This document shows positions 30,301 to 39,066 of a DNA stretch of 64,000 nucleotides, one piece after another. This stretch comes from a virus (taxonomy: Duplodnaviria; Caudoviricetes), in the IMG/VR virus record IMGVR_UViG_3300028591_000176, positions 12,970 through 76,969 of that record. The stretch is one strand, 5' to 3'. The translations under genes and the position numbers were made by a program. How positions within the stretch are numbered: position 1 is the stretch's first letter; each line of letters begins with the position of its first letter. A model generated the notes under the pieces. It was not told the DNA's origin. It worked only from the letters and a program-made list of their open reading frames with translations, and did not search any database.

Positions 30301-33300
30301 TTAAAGAAAAATATGATGGATATGTCACTCCGCAGCAATTCGGCAATATCCTCAAAGGAACGATAAATACGCTAGCAGCAAAACAGGCTGGAATAAGCAA
30401 TGTTACTGGCGGTGATGGCACGGATGCAGGCGGCAACAAATATTTCACATCATGGATGCGTGTCGTTGACACACACACCACAAGCCCAAGTTCTCTTGCC
30501 GTTAACCAAATAAAAGTCGTTCTTTATGGCGACAATGATGTTCCAGCAGACACAAACTTTGTCCCATGTGAGCTGATGACTATTGCCCGTTGGGGGTGCG
30601 CTCTTGACCCGAGCGAAGAAGGCATTAGTAATGCCGAAAAAGAAAGTCGCAGAAGCAGGCAGAATAGCTTTTATATAAGCACAAGCGAAGGCCGTATCGT
30701 CAAGCTTGTCGGTGTTAACAAGCCCATTTTGGAGAACTGGAACTATGGCACTACACTTGGCTTACTGCCAGACTTTGTTAAGAACTATGGTAATGTTCGT
30801 GAACGCATTATCGAAGGGCGTGACTATCTGTATGCACAAGGTGTTGTTGTTGGAGATTTTATAAAGGTAAACGTTCAAGGCCAACCAATATCTACTATTG
30901 TTGATTGCGGCGACTGGGTGAACGGAAGTACCGCACAAAACCCGACGGTAGGTAACGGGATATACTTATGCAATGAATACAACGAAAATACACTTCAATA
31001 TGAAACACATAGGGTAAGACATAATAATGCTATATGGCAATGCCTTCAACACCAACCAGTAAGTAATGGCGGTGTAAGCACGTATTATGAACCAAAGTCT
31101 GGTAGCCCATATTGGCAGCTTGTTGATGGCGTTGTAAGGTATAGCCTATTGCCTAGTGTTTCAGGCGTTGTATACAACCCCAATAATCAAACTTATAGTC
31201 CAACTACTGTTTATTGCTCGTATAGTAAATTTGTAGGAGAAGAAGAAATTGTTTCGCAAGATGATGCTAAAATTTACTATACAAAAGATAATGATACGCA
31301 GGAGTTTGAGTACACTTCTAGTGGTGTAAGTGCTGGCTCTGACGGTTTTACTACTAAAGTTACCTTTTTGTTAAAGGTTGGTAATAGTATTTTAGATAAG
31401 AAGAGCGTATCTGTTGTGCGTGACGGAACGAATGGCGGTAGCGGAGACAACTCTACATGGTATGAAATTCGTACGTCTGTAGAAACAATTAAAATTACCA
31501 AGCCGCAAACAAGTGTTACAACATCGGTAGTTGCCACATTTTTCTGTCACGACGGCAGGAATGCACCACAAACTGTGGAAAAGTATTATGGAGTTTACAA
31601 GCGGAAGGGGAATGTATACGTCCAATTAAGCCACAATATAGATGATGGCGTGAATCAGCAAGCAACTTTTTCTGTTGTTGACTATGACGCGCTTGTATTT
31701 GTTATTGCGGATAGTACTTTTGCTCCATACGGAAGCGAAATTCCTAGCACGTATCTTGCTAAAAAAGAAGTTCCAGTTGTTGCAGATGGAGAGGATGGCG
31801 ATGGCGCACACTCTATTCGCCGTTGGCTGCAAGTAACTCCTGAATCAATCAATGTTCTTGCCAATGGTAAAACTGAAGAATCCATGCGCCTAAGAATAGA
31901 AGCATGGGAACAGGTCGATGACAACACACCAACAAGAAAGTCAGAAAGTGATTACTCTGATTTGCACGTTTATTACACTGGTGTAATTAAAAACGCTAAT
32001 GGCGGGGATGTAATTTCAGCACCAAAGGCTTATGGAGCGTATAAGATTGACGCAGACCAAGGAGACAACGAGTTTGTTTGGTATAATTGGGGGTGGCAAG
32101 CAAACGAGACAGGGGGGATTGTCGCCGCAAACGCAAACATCATTGAAACATTAGAAGTAACTTGGTATGTAGATAGCTCTCTTACTGCTTACTATGATAA
32201 AAAAGAAATTGTTGTCAACAGAAAAGGCGACATGGGGCGTAACTACTATTATGCGGGCGAGTATGACCAAAACGAAGATTATTTGCTTACTGATTACGAA
32301 GCACCTTTTGTTAGCTATGACATTAACAACATTACAAGGTATTATGTTCGCGTGGGTGCTAGTGGAACTATAAGCACTATTGACCCGTGGAATGACAATG
32401 ATGGCGTTTACTGGGAGTTGATGACATCAGACTTTAAGTATGTCATTGCAGAGGCTGTGTTTAGCAACTTTGCAAAGCTAGGCTCTTCTATTTTCAACAA
32501 GGACTATATGTTCTCACAGTACTGCTACGCCAAAGGCTTGGGCGGTATCAAAATGGATATACCATCGCTGTCATATAGCAGCATAACTTACTACAATAAA
32601 ATCGACCCCAATGATGTTTTTGGCGAAGGTGATATGTATATGCCAACGTCAGTATTTAATATCTACGACATCCAAACGGCTATTGGTTCTAGAACTGAAA
32701 ATTATGAAGTAGATAATGATAATTGGGACGCAAGCAAATGCTCCGTTGCGACAAACCCAGAGATTAATGCTGGAGAATACTACACATTACAAATAAATGC
32801 ATCGGTCGTTGACGGCACTCTTGATTTTTCAGTTGCAAAAGAGATTAGCGGCAGCGCGTTGTCTGACTCTATTTACGACGGGAGCATACAAGCAACCGCA
32901 CAAGCATCGTTCTTTAGCTTTTATTATATATTTAGAGCTTCGTCAAGCGGCGTGTTCAGCGTATATTTTAGGCGGCAGAATTCAACATCAATATCCCAAA
33001 TAAAAGACATCTATTTAAGACCATGTAAGTATGTGCCACAAATGGCAATGAACTTGTTGACGGGAAAAGCGGCATTCAACGACATTGATGCCCATGGAAC
33101 ATTACATGCCGATAGCTTGTCTTACGACAACGTACTTTCTAACAACAATAACGACACGTTAAGGGTAGATGGCGAATCTATTGTTACGTTAGGCTCTGCT
33201 GCCGTAGGCACACGTATAATTTTACCAACGCCAGCAACATGCAAAGGAAGAAAGATAGAAATATATAGCATAATCCCAACATCTTCACAATGGTACGTAA

Positions 33301-33515
33301 CATGGGATGGTGCTAATAGTTCAGCACAGTTTTATTCCATGCCTACGACGTCTGGGTACAACGGTTACGTGGAGTCACACCGTGTGGTGGATGGTTTTGG
33401 AGGGACATCATACTTGTTGGTGTATTCAGATGGCGATAAATGGATAATACTAAAGCAAGAAACAGTATTCTCGTCTGATGGTAAACGATGGATTCTTAAT
33501 GCGTTATTTCCTTAA
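27336..33515 (+). CDS. Tail hub/central fiber (host-specificity) protein
   Basis: 2059 aa; IVTRIVGAGAERNVPYGY hub motif, GWRIDHLGNAEMESLKVR, DGEDG repeats, C-terminal beta domain. Confidence 0.75.
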   Translation: MAVKKTGLNIAFPIYNADGTSFHNLVIRKASYESVVMSLGDKITGDVYYKDNTLVVTMQEYIVYEGVHYQLVSPPTIVREGMVSDNGDLKGMTKYSFVFHHPMYILSNLPFSDIAVNNSEEKYLSQSKTFSWIGRLQDFIAKINANLEGTQWHAMYKPSSATSKASELSEVLSFDKNTIADALKNAYDTWEVPFIIINYDGMLPMAYKRLEYVKIEEIRQLVSGEESPLFLFLNNLPSVIADDNRIYYSKIYNGDELVLHLIPCMNSTNDVGLYDAVSGNAFWSNTDVTFSAGNVIGYGKNYEIIFGLPSNEIYGENGEVFVFKFGKGVGLKNNSRTPRNNKIVTRIVGAGAERNVPYGYPQILWTGNQAWNYTIDNDSTNPNSYPIYNGIVGGVKVRLIKHPFTRSRLMPSVYVDTVNKKVNPRATGYNPQIEIIDYYDAPQSYPNPFNALTPSVEIHEFDDIYPELGEAMIVDAVPWDEPKNASGESYGQYISWNDFVNVMLGYMDNNRTQREYDALNNMLANMTLGDASGQDAFNGGSYTYQWYFSSDADFFYAKYISDNVNFEYAILKDEHVMPTPTWNDDMDENGNYIQNYFKMTLPVLSFDLYASASITEKMDIYMRGGACMGCTFPIEVDWEDYKANFYDSDGNFDPVIGQGHPRDEEKYPDTSQQSVTFIVKKEIDTFGTLMPNIYQQPHAGDEFVILGISLPTTYISDAESRLDDAMMEYMLENNVHYYDYPLKFDEHFLATHTDILEQIHNNTIVRFKYANTNMTLYVKQISIKYGEQPLPKYDITLTDDVEIVLNQIGQVTDDVSRIRVQMSELQKYYGENVVEEINSKLSRISDDVAQGRITFQQGLNAIGNVILNDEIKSDVYDTGLYTGRGWRIDHLGNAEMESLKVRSYLEVVELLVNRMRAQEGDTMFTDNDQIDKVEPFYEHVLMHQGDNPKLNNWYERSLVDGDYVYTLTDDTTIEVGKEYFYISSYILSLKEKYDGYVTPQQFGNILKGTINTLAAKQAGISNVTGGDGTDAGGNKYFTSWMRVVDTHTTSPSSLAVNQIKVVLYGDNDVPADTNFVPCELMTIARWGCALDPSEEGISNAEKESRRSRQNSFYISTSEGRIVKLVGVNKPILENWNYGTTLGLLPDFVKNYGNVRERIIEGRDYLYAQGVVVGDFIKVNVQGQPISTIVDCGDWVNGSTAQNPTVGNGIYLCNEYNENTLQYETHRVRHNNAIWQCLQHQPVSNGGVSTYYEPKSGSPYWQLVDGVVRYSLLPSVSGVVYNPNNQTYSPTTVYCSYSKFVGEEEIVSQDDAKIYYTKDNDTQEFEYTSSGVSAGSDGFTTKVTFLLKVGNSILDKKSVSVVRDGTNGGSGDNSTWYEIRTSVETIKITKPQTSVTTSVVATFFCHDGRNAPQTVEKYYGVYKRKGNVYVQLSHNIDDGVNQQATFSVVDYDALVFVIADSTFAPYGSEIPSTYLAKKEVPVVADGEDGDGAHSIRRWLQVTPESINVLANGKTEESMRLRIEAWEQVDDNTPTRKSESDYSDLHVYYTGVIKNANGGDVISAPKAYGAYKIDADQGDNEFVWYNWGWQANETGGIVAANANIIETLEVTWYVDSSLTAYYDKKEIVVNRKGDMGRNYYYAGEYDQNEDYLLTDYEAPFVSYDINNITRYYVRVGASGTISTIDPWNDNDGVYWELMTSDFKYVIAEAVFSNFAKLGSSIFNKDYMFSQYCYAKGLGGIKMDIPSLSYSSITYYNKIDPNDVFGEGDMYMPTSVFNIYDIQTAIGSRTENYEVDNDNWDASKCSVATNPEINAGEYYTLQINASVVDGTLDFSVAKEISGSALSDSIYDGSIQATAQASFFSFYYIFRASSSGVFSVYFRRQNSTSISQIKDIYLRPCKYVPQMAMNLLTGKAAFNDIDAHGTLHADSLSYDNVLSNNNNDTLRVDGESIVTLGSAAVGTRIILPTPATCKGRKIEIYSIIPTSSQWYVTWDGANSSAQFYSMPTTSGYNGYVESHRVVDGFGGTSYLLVYSDGDKWIILKQETVFSSDGKRWILNALFP

Positions 33516-33531
33516 TATAATTGTATAAGAC

Positions 33532-33876
33532 ATGAAAATAGTGTATAATAACATCTTTCCAGCCCGTGGCTATATAGCAATGACTATATGGCCGTGGGTT
33601 TTTGTCCGCAAAAAAGACAAGTATACGGACGTTGTGGATAATCACGAAAAGATTCATGGCGAGCAGCAAAAGGAAATGCTATTGGTGCTTTACTATTTGC
33701 TATACGTTGTTGAATATATCATACGTTTCCTAATATGCTTTGACCACAAGACGGCATATCGCAGCATAAGCTTTGAGCGTGAAGCGAGGATAAACCAATC
33801 GGATATGGCATACGTCTATAACAGGAAACATTATGCTTGGGCAAAATATCTATTTACTAAAAACAAAAAGATATGA
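33532..33876 (+). CDS. Small membrane zincin-like protein
   Basis: NHEKIH (HExxH) and ISFEREA, hydrophobic helix LLVLYYLLYVVEYII. Confidence 0.55.
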   Translation: MKIVYNNIFPARGYIAMTIWPWVFVRKKDKYTDVVDNHEKIHGEQQKEMLLVLYYLLYVVEYIIRFLICFDHKTAYRSISFEREARINQSDMAYVYNRKHYAWAKYLFTKNKKI

Positions 33877-34139
33877 AGAAACTATTTGAGAACTTGACAG
33901 ATGGTAGCGTGTGTGCTATCCTGTGTGTATTGAACTTTGTTATCGTGCTTACAACGGCATTGATTACAAAGGCTTTTAATAATGAGGTGTCTACTTTTGC
34001 TGGCGTTGGATTCCTTGTTGGGTTCTTTGCCATGTGCGTTGAGTGGGCAACGGTGGGAAACAAACGCGAAAATGCACCCATGTGGTGCGTTGTAGGTGTT
34101 ATAGTAGGTAGTGTTTACGCTTATTTACTTGGAGTATAA
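33873..34139 (+). CDS. Small 3-TM membrane protein
   Basis: 88 aa with three hydrophobic segments. Confidence 0.6.
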   Translation: MKKLFENLTDGSVCAILCVLNFVIVLTTALITKAFNNEVSTFAGVGFLVGFFAMCVEWATVGNKRENAPMWCVVGVIVGSVYAYLLGV

Positions 34140-34143
34140 GATT

Positions 34144-34287
34144 ATGGAGAAAGCACTTCTGGAAAACGCGCTGAAAGAGCTGTGCGCGGTCGATACGGTA
34201 AGCCTTGCCAATGCGGGCTACCTTGCCTTGGTGACGGCTGACGGCGTTCCTAGCGGTCATGTTAACGCATCGGTATTAACAACTTAA
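34144..34287 (+). CDS. 47-aa micro-ORF paralogous to the N-terminus of the next gene
   Basis: LALVTADGVPSGHV versus LMLVDKDGTPAGHI in 34303-35595. Confidence 0.5.
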   Translation: MEKALLENALKELCAVDTVSLANAGYLALVTADGVPSGHVNASVLTT

Positions 34288-34302
34288 ACGGTATATAGAG
34301 AT

Positions 34303-35595
34303 ATGGAATTACAGAATTGTATGACTGATATGTTGTCCACCTTGGCATCGGGCTTTGGTGACAAGGCTTTGATGCTCGTTGACAAGGACGGCACTCCTGC
34401 TGGGCATATCCTTGGAACGGAAATGGTGGGGGCGATGGAGTATGAAAAGTACAAGAGAAAGTTTGAACATCTGCCGATGGGTTTCGTTGAGTTGGAGTAT
34501 TTGGAAAGTACGGGTACGCAGTACATTAACACTGGGTATGAAATGACGGAAGGAAGTTCTTATAAAATGGAAGTAGACTTGCTACCGTCCGATTATAATA
34601 CCAACTATTTCTTTAGTTTGGGTGCAGATTACATTGGGTATTTCGCAGGTGTCTATAGCGGTGAAATAGGGCTTAATACTGGCGTTACTTTCCCTTCTTC
34701 TGGGAGGACTACACTGACGCTCTCTGTTGCATCTAATGGCATGGACTGTTCTTTGACCGATGGTACTAACACTGTCACTTATACAAGGTCTAGTGGCAAC
34801 TATAGCTATAGCCCAATTCTGTTTGGCAGATATACTTCTGCTGCAAACCTTGGAAGGTGTAAGATTTTCTCTGCGAAGATATACAAAGGGGCTACGATGT
34901 TGTTTGATTTAGTTCCCGCCATGCGTTCATCTGATGGCGAGGTGGGCATGTTCGACTTGATTACAGGCGCGTTCTTGACTAATGCTGGTGCTGGTTATTT
35001 CAGCTACAAGATTAAAGACTTCCCGCAAGGGTATACGCAGTTGGCATATATTGGCACGGATGGTTCTTCATGGATTAACACGGGAGTTTCTGGAGGCTCT
35101 GACACGCTATCTATAACTTGCGACTTCAAATGGAGTACTATGGCAAATTACGCATATATATATGGCAACTATGTTAACGAAAACACGAACACGACCAGAC
35201 TGCTCTTGTCTAATACTGACAACCGAATGTATGCGACCAACAATGCAAAGGCGAACGGAGGTTCCGTCGGCTTTAATTGCGCACGGGGCATTAGGCATAG
35301 GATTGTTTCTTCATTCGATAGGGTTATCATCGATGGGACATCAATGGCTACAAGCGGAACAAAAGGAACGAACAACTCTGGAATTATTGCTTTTTTTAAG
35401 AGCAACGTAAATACAGGCGTAATAAATATAGGGGCGATAATTTACTCTTTTAACATTAAAAGCAATGGTGCTGATGTGCTTAATCTTGTCCCCGCTATGA
35501 GAGACTCTGACTCCGAAGTCGGCATGTACGACCTTGTGAGCAACACGTTCCTTACCAACGCAGGCACGGGCACTTTCAGTTATGGCGAACTATAA
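34303..35595 (+). CDS. Putative receptor-binding protein with two tandem lectin/LamG-like domains
   Basis: Repeats LEYLESTGTQYINTG...DLVPAMRSSDGEVGMFDL and LAYIGTDGSSWINTG...NLVPAMRDSDSEVGMYDL. Confidence 0.6.
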   Translation: MELQNCMTDMLSTLASGFGDKALMLVDKDGTPAGHILGTEMVGAMEYEKYKRKFEHLPMGFVELEYLESTGTQYINTGYEMTEGSSYKMEVDLLPSDYNTNYFFSLGADYIGYFAGVYSGEIGLNTGVTFPSSGRTTLTLSVASNGMDCSLTDGTNTVTYTRSSGNYSYSPILFGRYTSAANLGRCKIFSAKIYKGATMLFDLVPAMRSSDGEVGMFDLITGAFLTNAGAGYFSYKIKDFPQGYTQLAYIGTDGSSWINTGVSGGSDTLSITCDFKWSTMANYAYIYGNYVNENTNTTRLLLSNTDNRMYATNNAKANGGSVGFNCARGIRHRIVSSFDRVIIDGTSMATSGTKGTNNSGIIAFFKSNVNTGVINIGAIIYSFNIKSNGADVLNLVPAMRDSDSEVGMYDLVSNTFLTNAGTGTFSYGEL

Positions 35596-35610
35596 AAAAT
35601 CGGAATAAAT

Positions 35611-37002
35611 ATGGCAACACTACAAGCAGGCTTAAAGCCTCTCTTTAACAAGACATACAACAGGTACTCAAAAGACCTGAAGGACAAGTACATCATCACC
35701 ACGGACAACAGCGGGAACATCACTGGCAAGGTCAGCGTAGGCTCGCTGCTCTCCAAGGCGAAGTACTCTGGCGGGTATATCGCCGATGGTGTCATCGTGA
35801 CGCAGAACCCGCAGGCAGGGGATATTCTCTTCCTTGATGAGGAGGGCATCCGTGTATTCGTCAAGAATGCCAACGACGAGCTTATCAAGGCTAACCTGCC
35901 CGAAAGCTGGACGCTGGTGGGATATGTGTTCCACCGTGGCAAGACGGACATCATCACGGGCGAGACCGATGACCTGAATCAGGTGTGGGTGATAAACAAG
36001 GACGGTGCTAACTATAAGTACATTGATGTGTGGCAATTTGCCATCACTGCTATTGCTTCGACAAGCATCACGATAACGCTGCGGTTGAGTACGGACTACA
36101 CCGTTGGTACTGCCGTGCCTATTACGCTTTCATCTACCGCTCTTAACGCTACCACAGCCTCGGAAATTAGCACGGCTATCAGGGCAAAGGCGGCAGAGGT
36201 GAGCAGCGCAGGCACTTGGTGGGCATACTACGACGAGGCGAACGATAGAATCATTGTGCAGAATGATGTGAATAATGACTATCGCCAGTATCAGGTAAGC
36301 GGAACGGGGTGTACTATTGCTCTTTCCGTATGGGATGACATGCCAGCAAACTCGACGAGCGGAGTAAGGCAAGATAACGGCTCTGGAGGTGTAATGAACG
36401 CTACGCGCGGCACTACCTACTATTCAACCAACGGGACTGCCGATACAAGCCTCGGTCTCACCAATGGACTGATGAACAAGGCGAGCTTTGACAACTCTGC
36501 CAATGCTGACGTGATAGCGTACAAGAACGGCGGCAAGACATACGATGATTATATCCGCGAGTATAAGATGCTGGCTCTGCCGCAGCCTCGCAGACAGGGA
36601 TTGTTTACGCTACCTGTAGCACAGCAGCTATCGTTGAAATATGCTCTCAGCGTCGCTCCTACCTATGCGGGTGGCGAGAAATACAAGTTCCCTGCCTTGA
36701 ATGCTGGGTACAACGTAAGCTACGGTGGCGACCTTGACTTCGGCGACTGGTGGACTCCAGGCGTTCAGGAGGCTCTGTACTTTATGCGTGACATAGAGGA
36801 CGGCGACAATGCTTTCACCAAACTGGCGGCAAGTGCGACGAAGATGGGCACGCTGTCGTTTGCCAATAACGTCTACCGATGGTTAGCCCAGAGGTACCAC
36901 GCCAACAGCAGTTGGATTTTCTATGGCGACGGCGGCTACCTCGGCAGCGGCTACGTAGCTTACAGCCTTCGCTGTCAGGCGGTCACCTGCCTCTACCTGT
37001 AA
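35611..37002 (+). CDS. Tail fiber-type protein with C-type-lectin-like, DGR-style variable C-terminus
   Basis: RWLAQRYHANSSWIFYGDGGYLGSGYVAYSLRCQAVT; variable codons almost all NNC/NNT. Confidence 0.7.
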   Translation: MATLQAGLKPLFNKTYNRYSKDLKDKYIITTDNSGNITGKVSVGSLLSKAKYSGGYIADGVIVTQNPQAGDILFLDEEGIRVFVKNANDELIKANLPESWTLVGYVFHRGKTDIITGETDDLNQVWVINKDGANYKYIDVWQFAITAIASTSITITLRLSTDYTVGTAVPITLSSTALNATTASEISTAIRAKAAEVSSAGTWWAYYDEANDRIIVQNDVNNDYRQYQVSGTGCTIALSVWDDMPANSTSGVRQDNGSGGVMNATRGTTYYSTNGTADTSLGLTNGLMNKASFDNSANADVIAYKNGGKTYDDYIREYKMLALPQPRRQGLFTLPVAQQLSLKYALSVAPTYAGGEKYKFPALNAGYNVSYGGDLDFGDWWTPGVQEALYFMRDIEDGDNAFTKLAASATKMGTLSFANNVYRWLAQRYHANSSWIFYGDGGYLGSGYVAYSLRCQAVTCLYL

Positions 37003-37029
37003 AAAAATATCTCTTTTAGGGTTTGTCTT

Positions 37030-37062
37030 GTTGTAACGTGCTAACTTTTAGTGCGTTACAAC
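37030..37062 (+). terminator. Hairpin 27 nt after the variable-region gene (terminator and/or DGR target hairpin)
   Basis: GTTGTAACGTGCTAA-CTT-TTAGTGCGTTACAAC followed by TTTGTTTA. Confidence 0.6.
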
Positions 37063-37113
37063 TTTGTTTATGGACTTGAAAAAGTCCTCTATTGTTTAAT
37101 CCTTTTTAGGTTG

Positions 37114-37121
37114 TATCTTTG
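37114..37121 (+). promoter_or_regulatory. Promoter (-7 box) of the six-gene operon
   Basis: TATCTTTG followed by CA; 5'-UTR hairpin ACGACAA...TTGTCGT at 37124-37149. Confidence 0.7.
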
Positions 37122-37183
37122 CAACGACAAATGATGCGCATCTTGTCGTAAACAGAGTAATAACAACTTTAAAAAGGATTTTT

Positions 37184-38122
37184 ATGAGTGAGATTTATCA
37201 ATTGCCAGACACTTCTGGCAACAACAACGGTGGCCTAGGCAACATTCCTTTCTCTATACCCATTGGTGGTTTTGGAATGGGCGGCGGCTTGTTTGGCGGC
37301 AACTACGGAATGAATGGGATTGCTGACCTATTTGGACTGGCTATCATTGCTTCAATGTTCGGCTGGAACAATGGCGGATTTGGCAATGGCGGCTTTGGAG
37401 GAAATGGTTCAGGCGCAGCTTTTTTGGCTAATCAGCTCTCGAACGACTCTGGGCGTGAACTCATTATGAACGCTATCACCAATCAGGGCGAGGCATCACG
37501 TACGGCCATTCAGACATTAAGCACTATGCTTGGTCAGGATTTCAATCTTGTCAATGGTGCTGTGACTAATGTGCAGAATGCATTGCAGACTCTTGCTTTG
37601 CAGCAGGCTGTGAGCGTGCCTCAGATTATCAACTCTATCCAGTCGGGTGATGCAAGCATCATCAGTAGCTTCGAGAAGTGTTGTTGCGAGAACAAGCTCC
37701 TTGTCACACAACAGGGCTACGAGTCGCAGATTGCAACCTTGAACCAAACCAACCAGCTTGGTTCGCAGGCAGACCGCAACACCAACGCTTTGCTTAATGC
37801 CATCAACGCCCAGACCGTTGCCATGAACGACCAGTTCTGTGCAGCCCGCGAGCGCGACATGCAGGCAAAGATTGATACGCAGTCCGACATCATCACTCAG
37901 CTGCGTGGTCGGATTGACAATGCCAACCAGACGGCTCAGATTACGGGATATGTCAATTCCCTGATTGCTCCCTTGCAGGCAAAGGTTACGGAGATTGCCG
38001 ACAAGCAGCTTCCTACTGTTCCTGTTCAGTGGCCGCAGATTCAGGCCGTGAACACCACGCCTTACATGGGTGGTTGGAATGGTTTCTACGGCAACGGCTT
38101 TGGTAATAACATCGTGTTTTAA
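37184..38122 (+). CDS. Gly/Phe/Asn-rich, Cys-Cys-Cys coiled-coil protein of unknown function
   Basis: 312 aa; GFG/NGG-rich termini, hydrophobic LFGLAIIASMFGW, EKCCCEN, long Q/N-rich heptads. Confidence 0.85.
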   Translation: MSEIYQLPDTSGNNNGGLGNIPFSIPIGGFGMGGGLFGGNYGMNGIADLFGLAIIASMFGWNNGGFGNGGFGGNGSGAAFLANQLSNDSGRELIMNAITNQGEASRTAIQTLSTMLGQDFNLVNGAVTNVQNALQTLALQQAVSVPQIINSIQSGDASIISSFEKCCCENKLLVTQQGYESQIATLNQTNQLGSQADRNTNALLNAINAQTVAMNDQFCAARERDMQAKIDTQSDIITQLRGRIDNANQTAQITGYVNSLIAPLQAKVTEIADKQLPTVPVQWPQIQAVNTTPYMGGWNGFYGNGFGNNIVF

Positions 38123-38146
38123 GTAGGCGAAAGGAGGGTACGAAGT

Positions 38147-38482
38147 ATGTGTTTTAACAACATTACAACGAACGCGGGTGGTATCGCCTACCTACCTTCA
38201 ACCAATGTTACCGTAGGTACTGATGCAGTTGATATTGCACTAGGCTTCCGTCGTATTCAGCCAGTAGGCTATTTCACCGTTCGCCTGACCGATGCGATAC
38301 CAGCAGGCACTACGACAACGCTGCCTATTACGCTTACGCTCAATGGAACGACACGCGCCCTGACTCTGTTTGACGGCACACCTGTTACCGTTGCGGAGCT
38401 TATCGGTGGCACGGGAGCATTCCTTGTGTTCAACAATCGTTTCGATGGCATTCTTCAACTGATGTCACGTACTACGGTATAA
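38147..38482 (+). CDS. Small beta-sandwich-like protein of unknown function
   Basis: 111 aa, Thr/Val-rich alternating pattern. Confidence 0.8.
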   Translation: MCFNNITTNAGGIAYLPSTNVTVGTDAVDIALGFRRIQPVGYFTVRLTDAIPAGTTTTLPITLTLNGTTRALTLFDGTPVTVAELIGGTGAFLVFNNRFDGILQLMSRTTV

Positions 38483-38512
38483 GCAAGAGTAATTAACAAG
38501 TAAATAGTAACA

Positions 38513-39037
38513 ATGATGGATTTTAATAGTCTTGGGAACGGCAACCCTTTTTATATCCTTAGACAAGGAGAAAAGCCGATTTTAGAGGTAGGCACGGTAA
38601 AGTCAAAGACACAGCCACATGTCAAGTTTCCAACGCAAACGCCCAACCTTATGACTGGATTGCAGACACAGCAGGTTATTGATGTGACGGCAACCATCAA
38701 TGGTAAGGATGAGACTTTTATGGATATTCCAATAGGAGTTGAAATTGCGCAAAAAGGAAACGTGACATTCAGCGGTAGTCGTGAAGCGATGTTGCAGGCG
38801 GTAGATTCAATGCTACAGACTAGCAAGAAAGCCATCGACCAAGTGCCATATCATAAGACGGTTATTGCAGAAAGCGAGAAGATGATGGAGGTGCTTAACC
38901 CGCAATATGCGGAAAACAAGAAACAGGCACGCACCATCAGCGACCTTGAACGCCGACAGGCTGACACTGACAAGAAGCTTGATGCAATATTGGGTATCCT
39001 GCAAAAGCTGGATTCGCCCGCCACAAGTACCGTTTAG
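38513..39037 (+). CDS. Beta-rich N-terminus plus coiled-coil protein of unknown function
   Basis: 174 aa; C-terminal heptads ARTISDLERRQADTDKKLDAILGIL. Confidence 0.8.
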   Translation: MMDFNSLGNGNPFYILRQGEKPILEVGTVKSKTQPHVKFPTQTPNLMTGLQTQQVIDVTATINGKDETFMDIPIGVEIAQKGNVTFSGSREAMLQAVDSMLQTSKKAIDQVPYHKTVIAESEKMMEVLNPQYAENKKQARTISDLERRQADTDKKLDAILGILQKLDSPATSTV

Positions 39038-39066
39038 TCCATTAAACTATAGAAAGGAACAATCAA

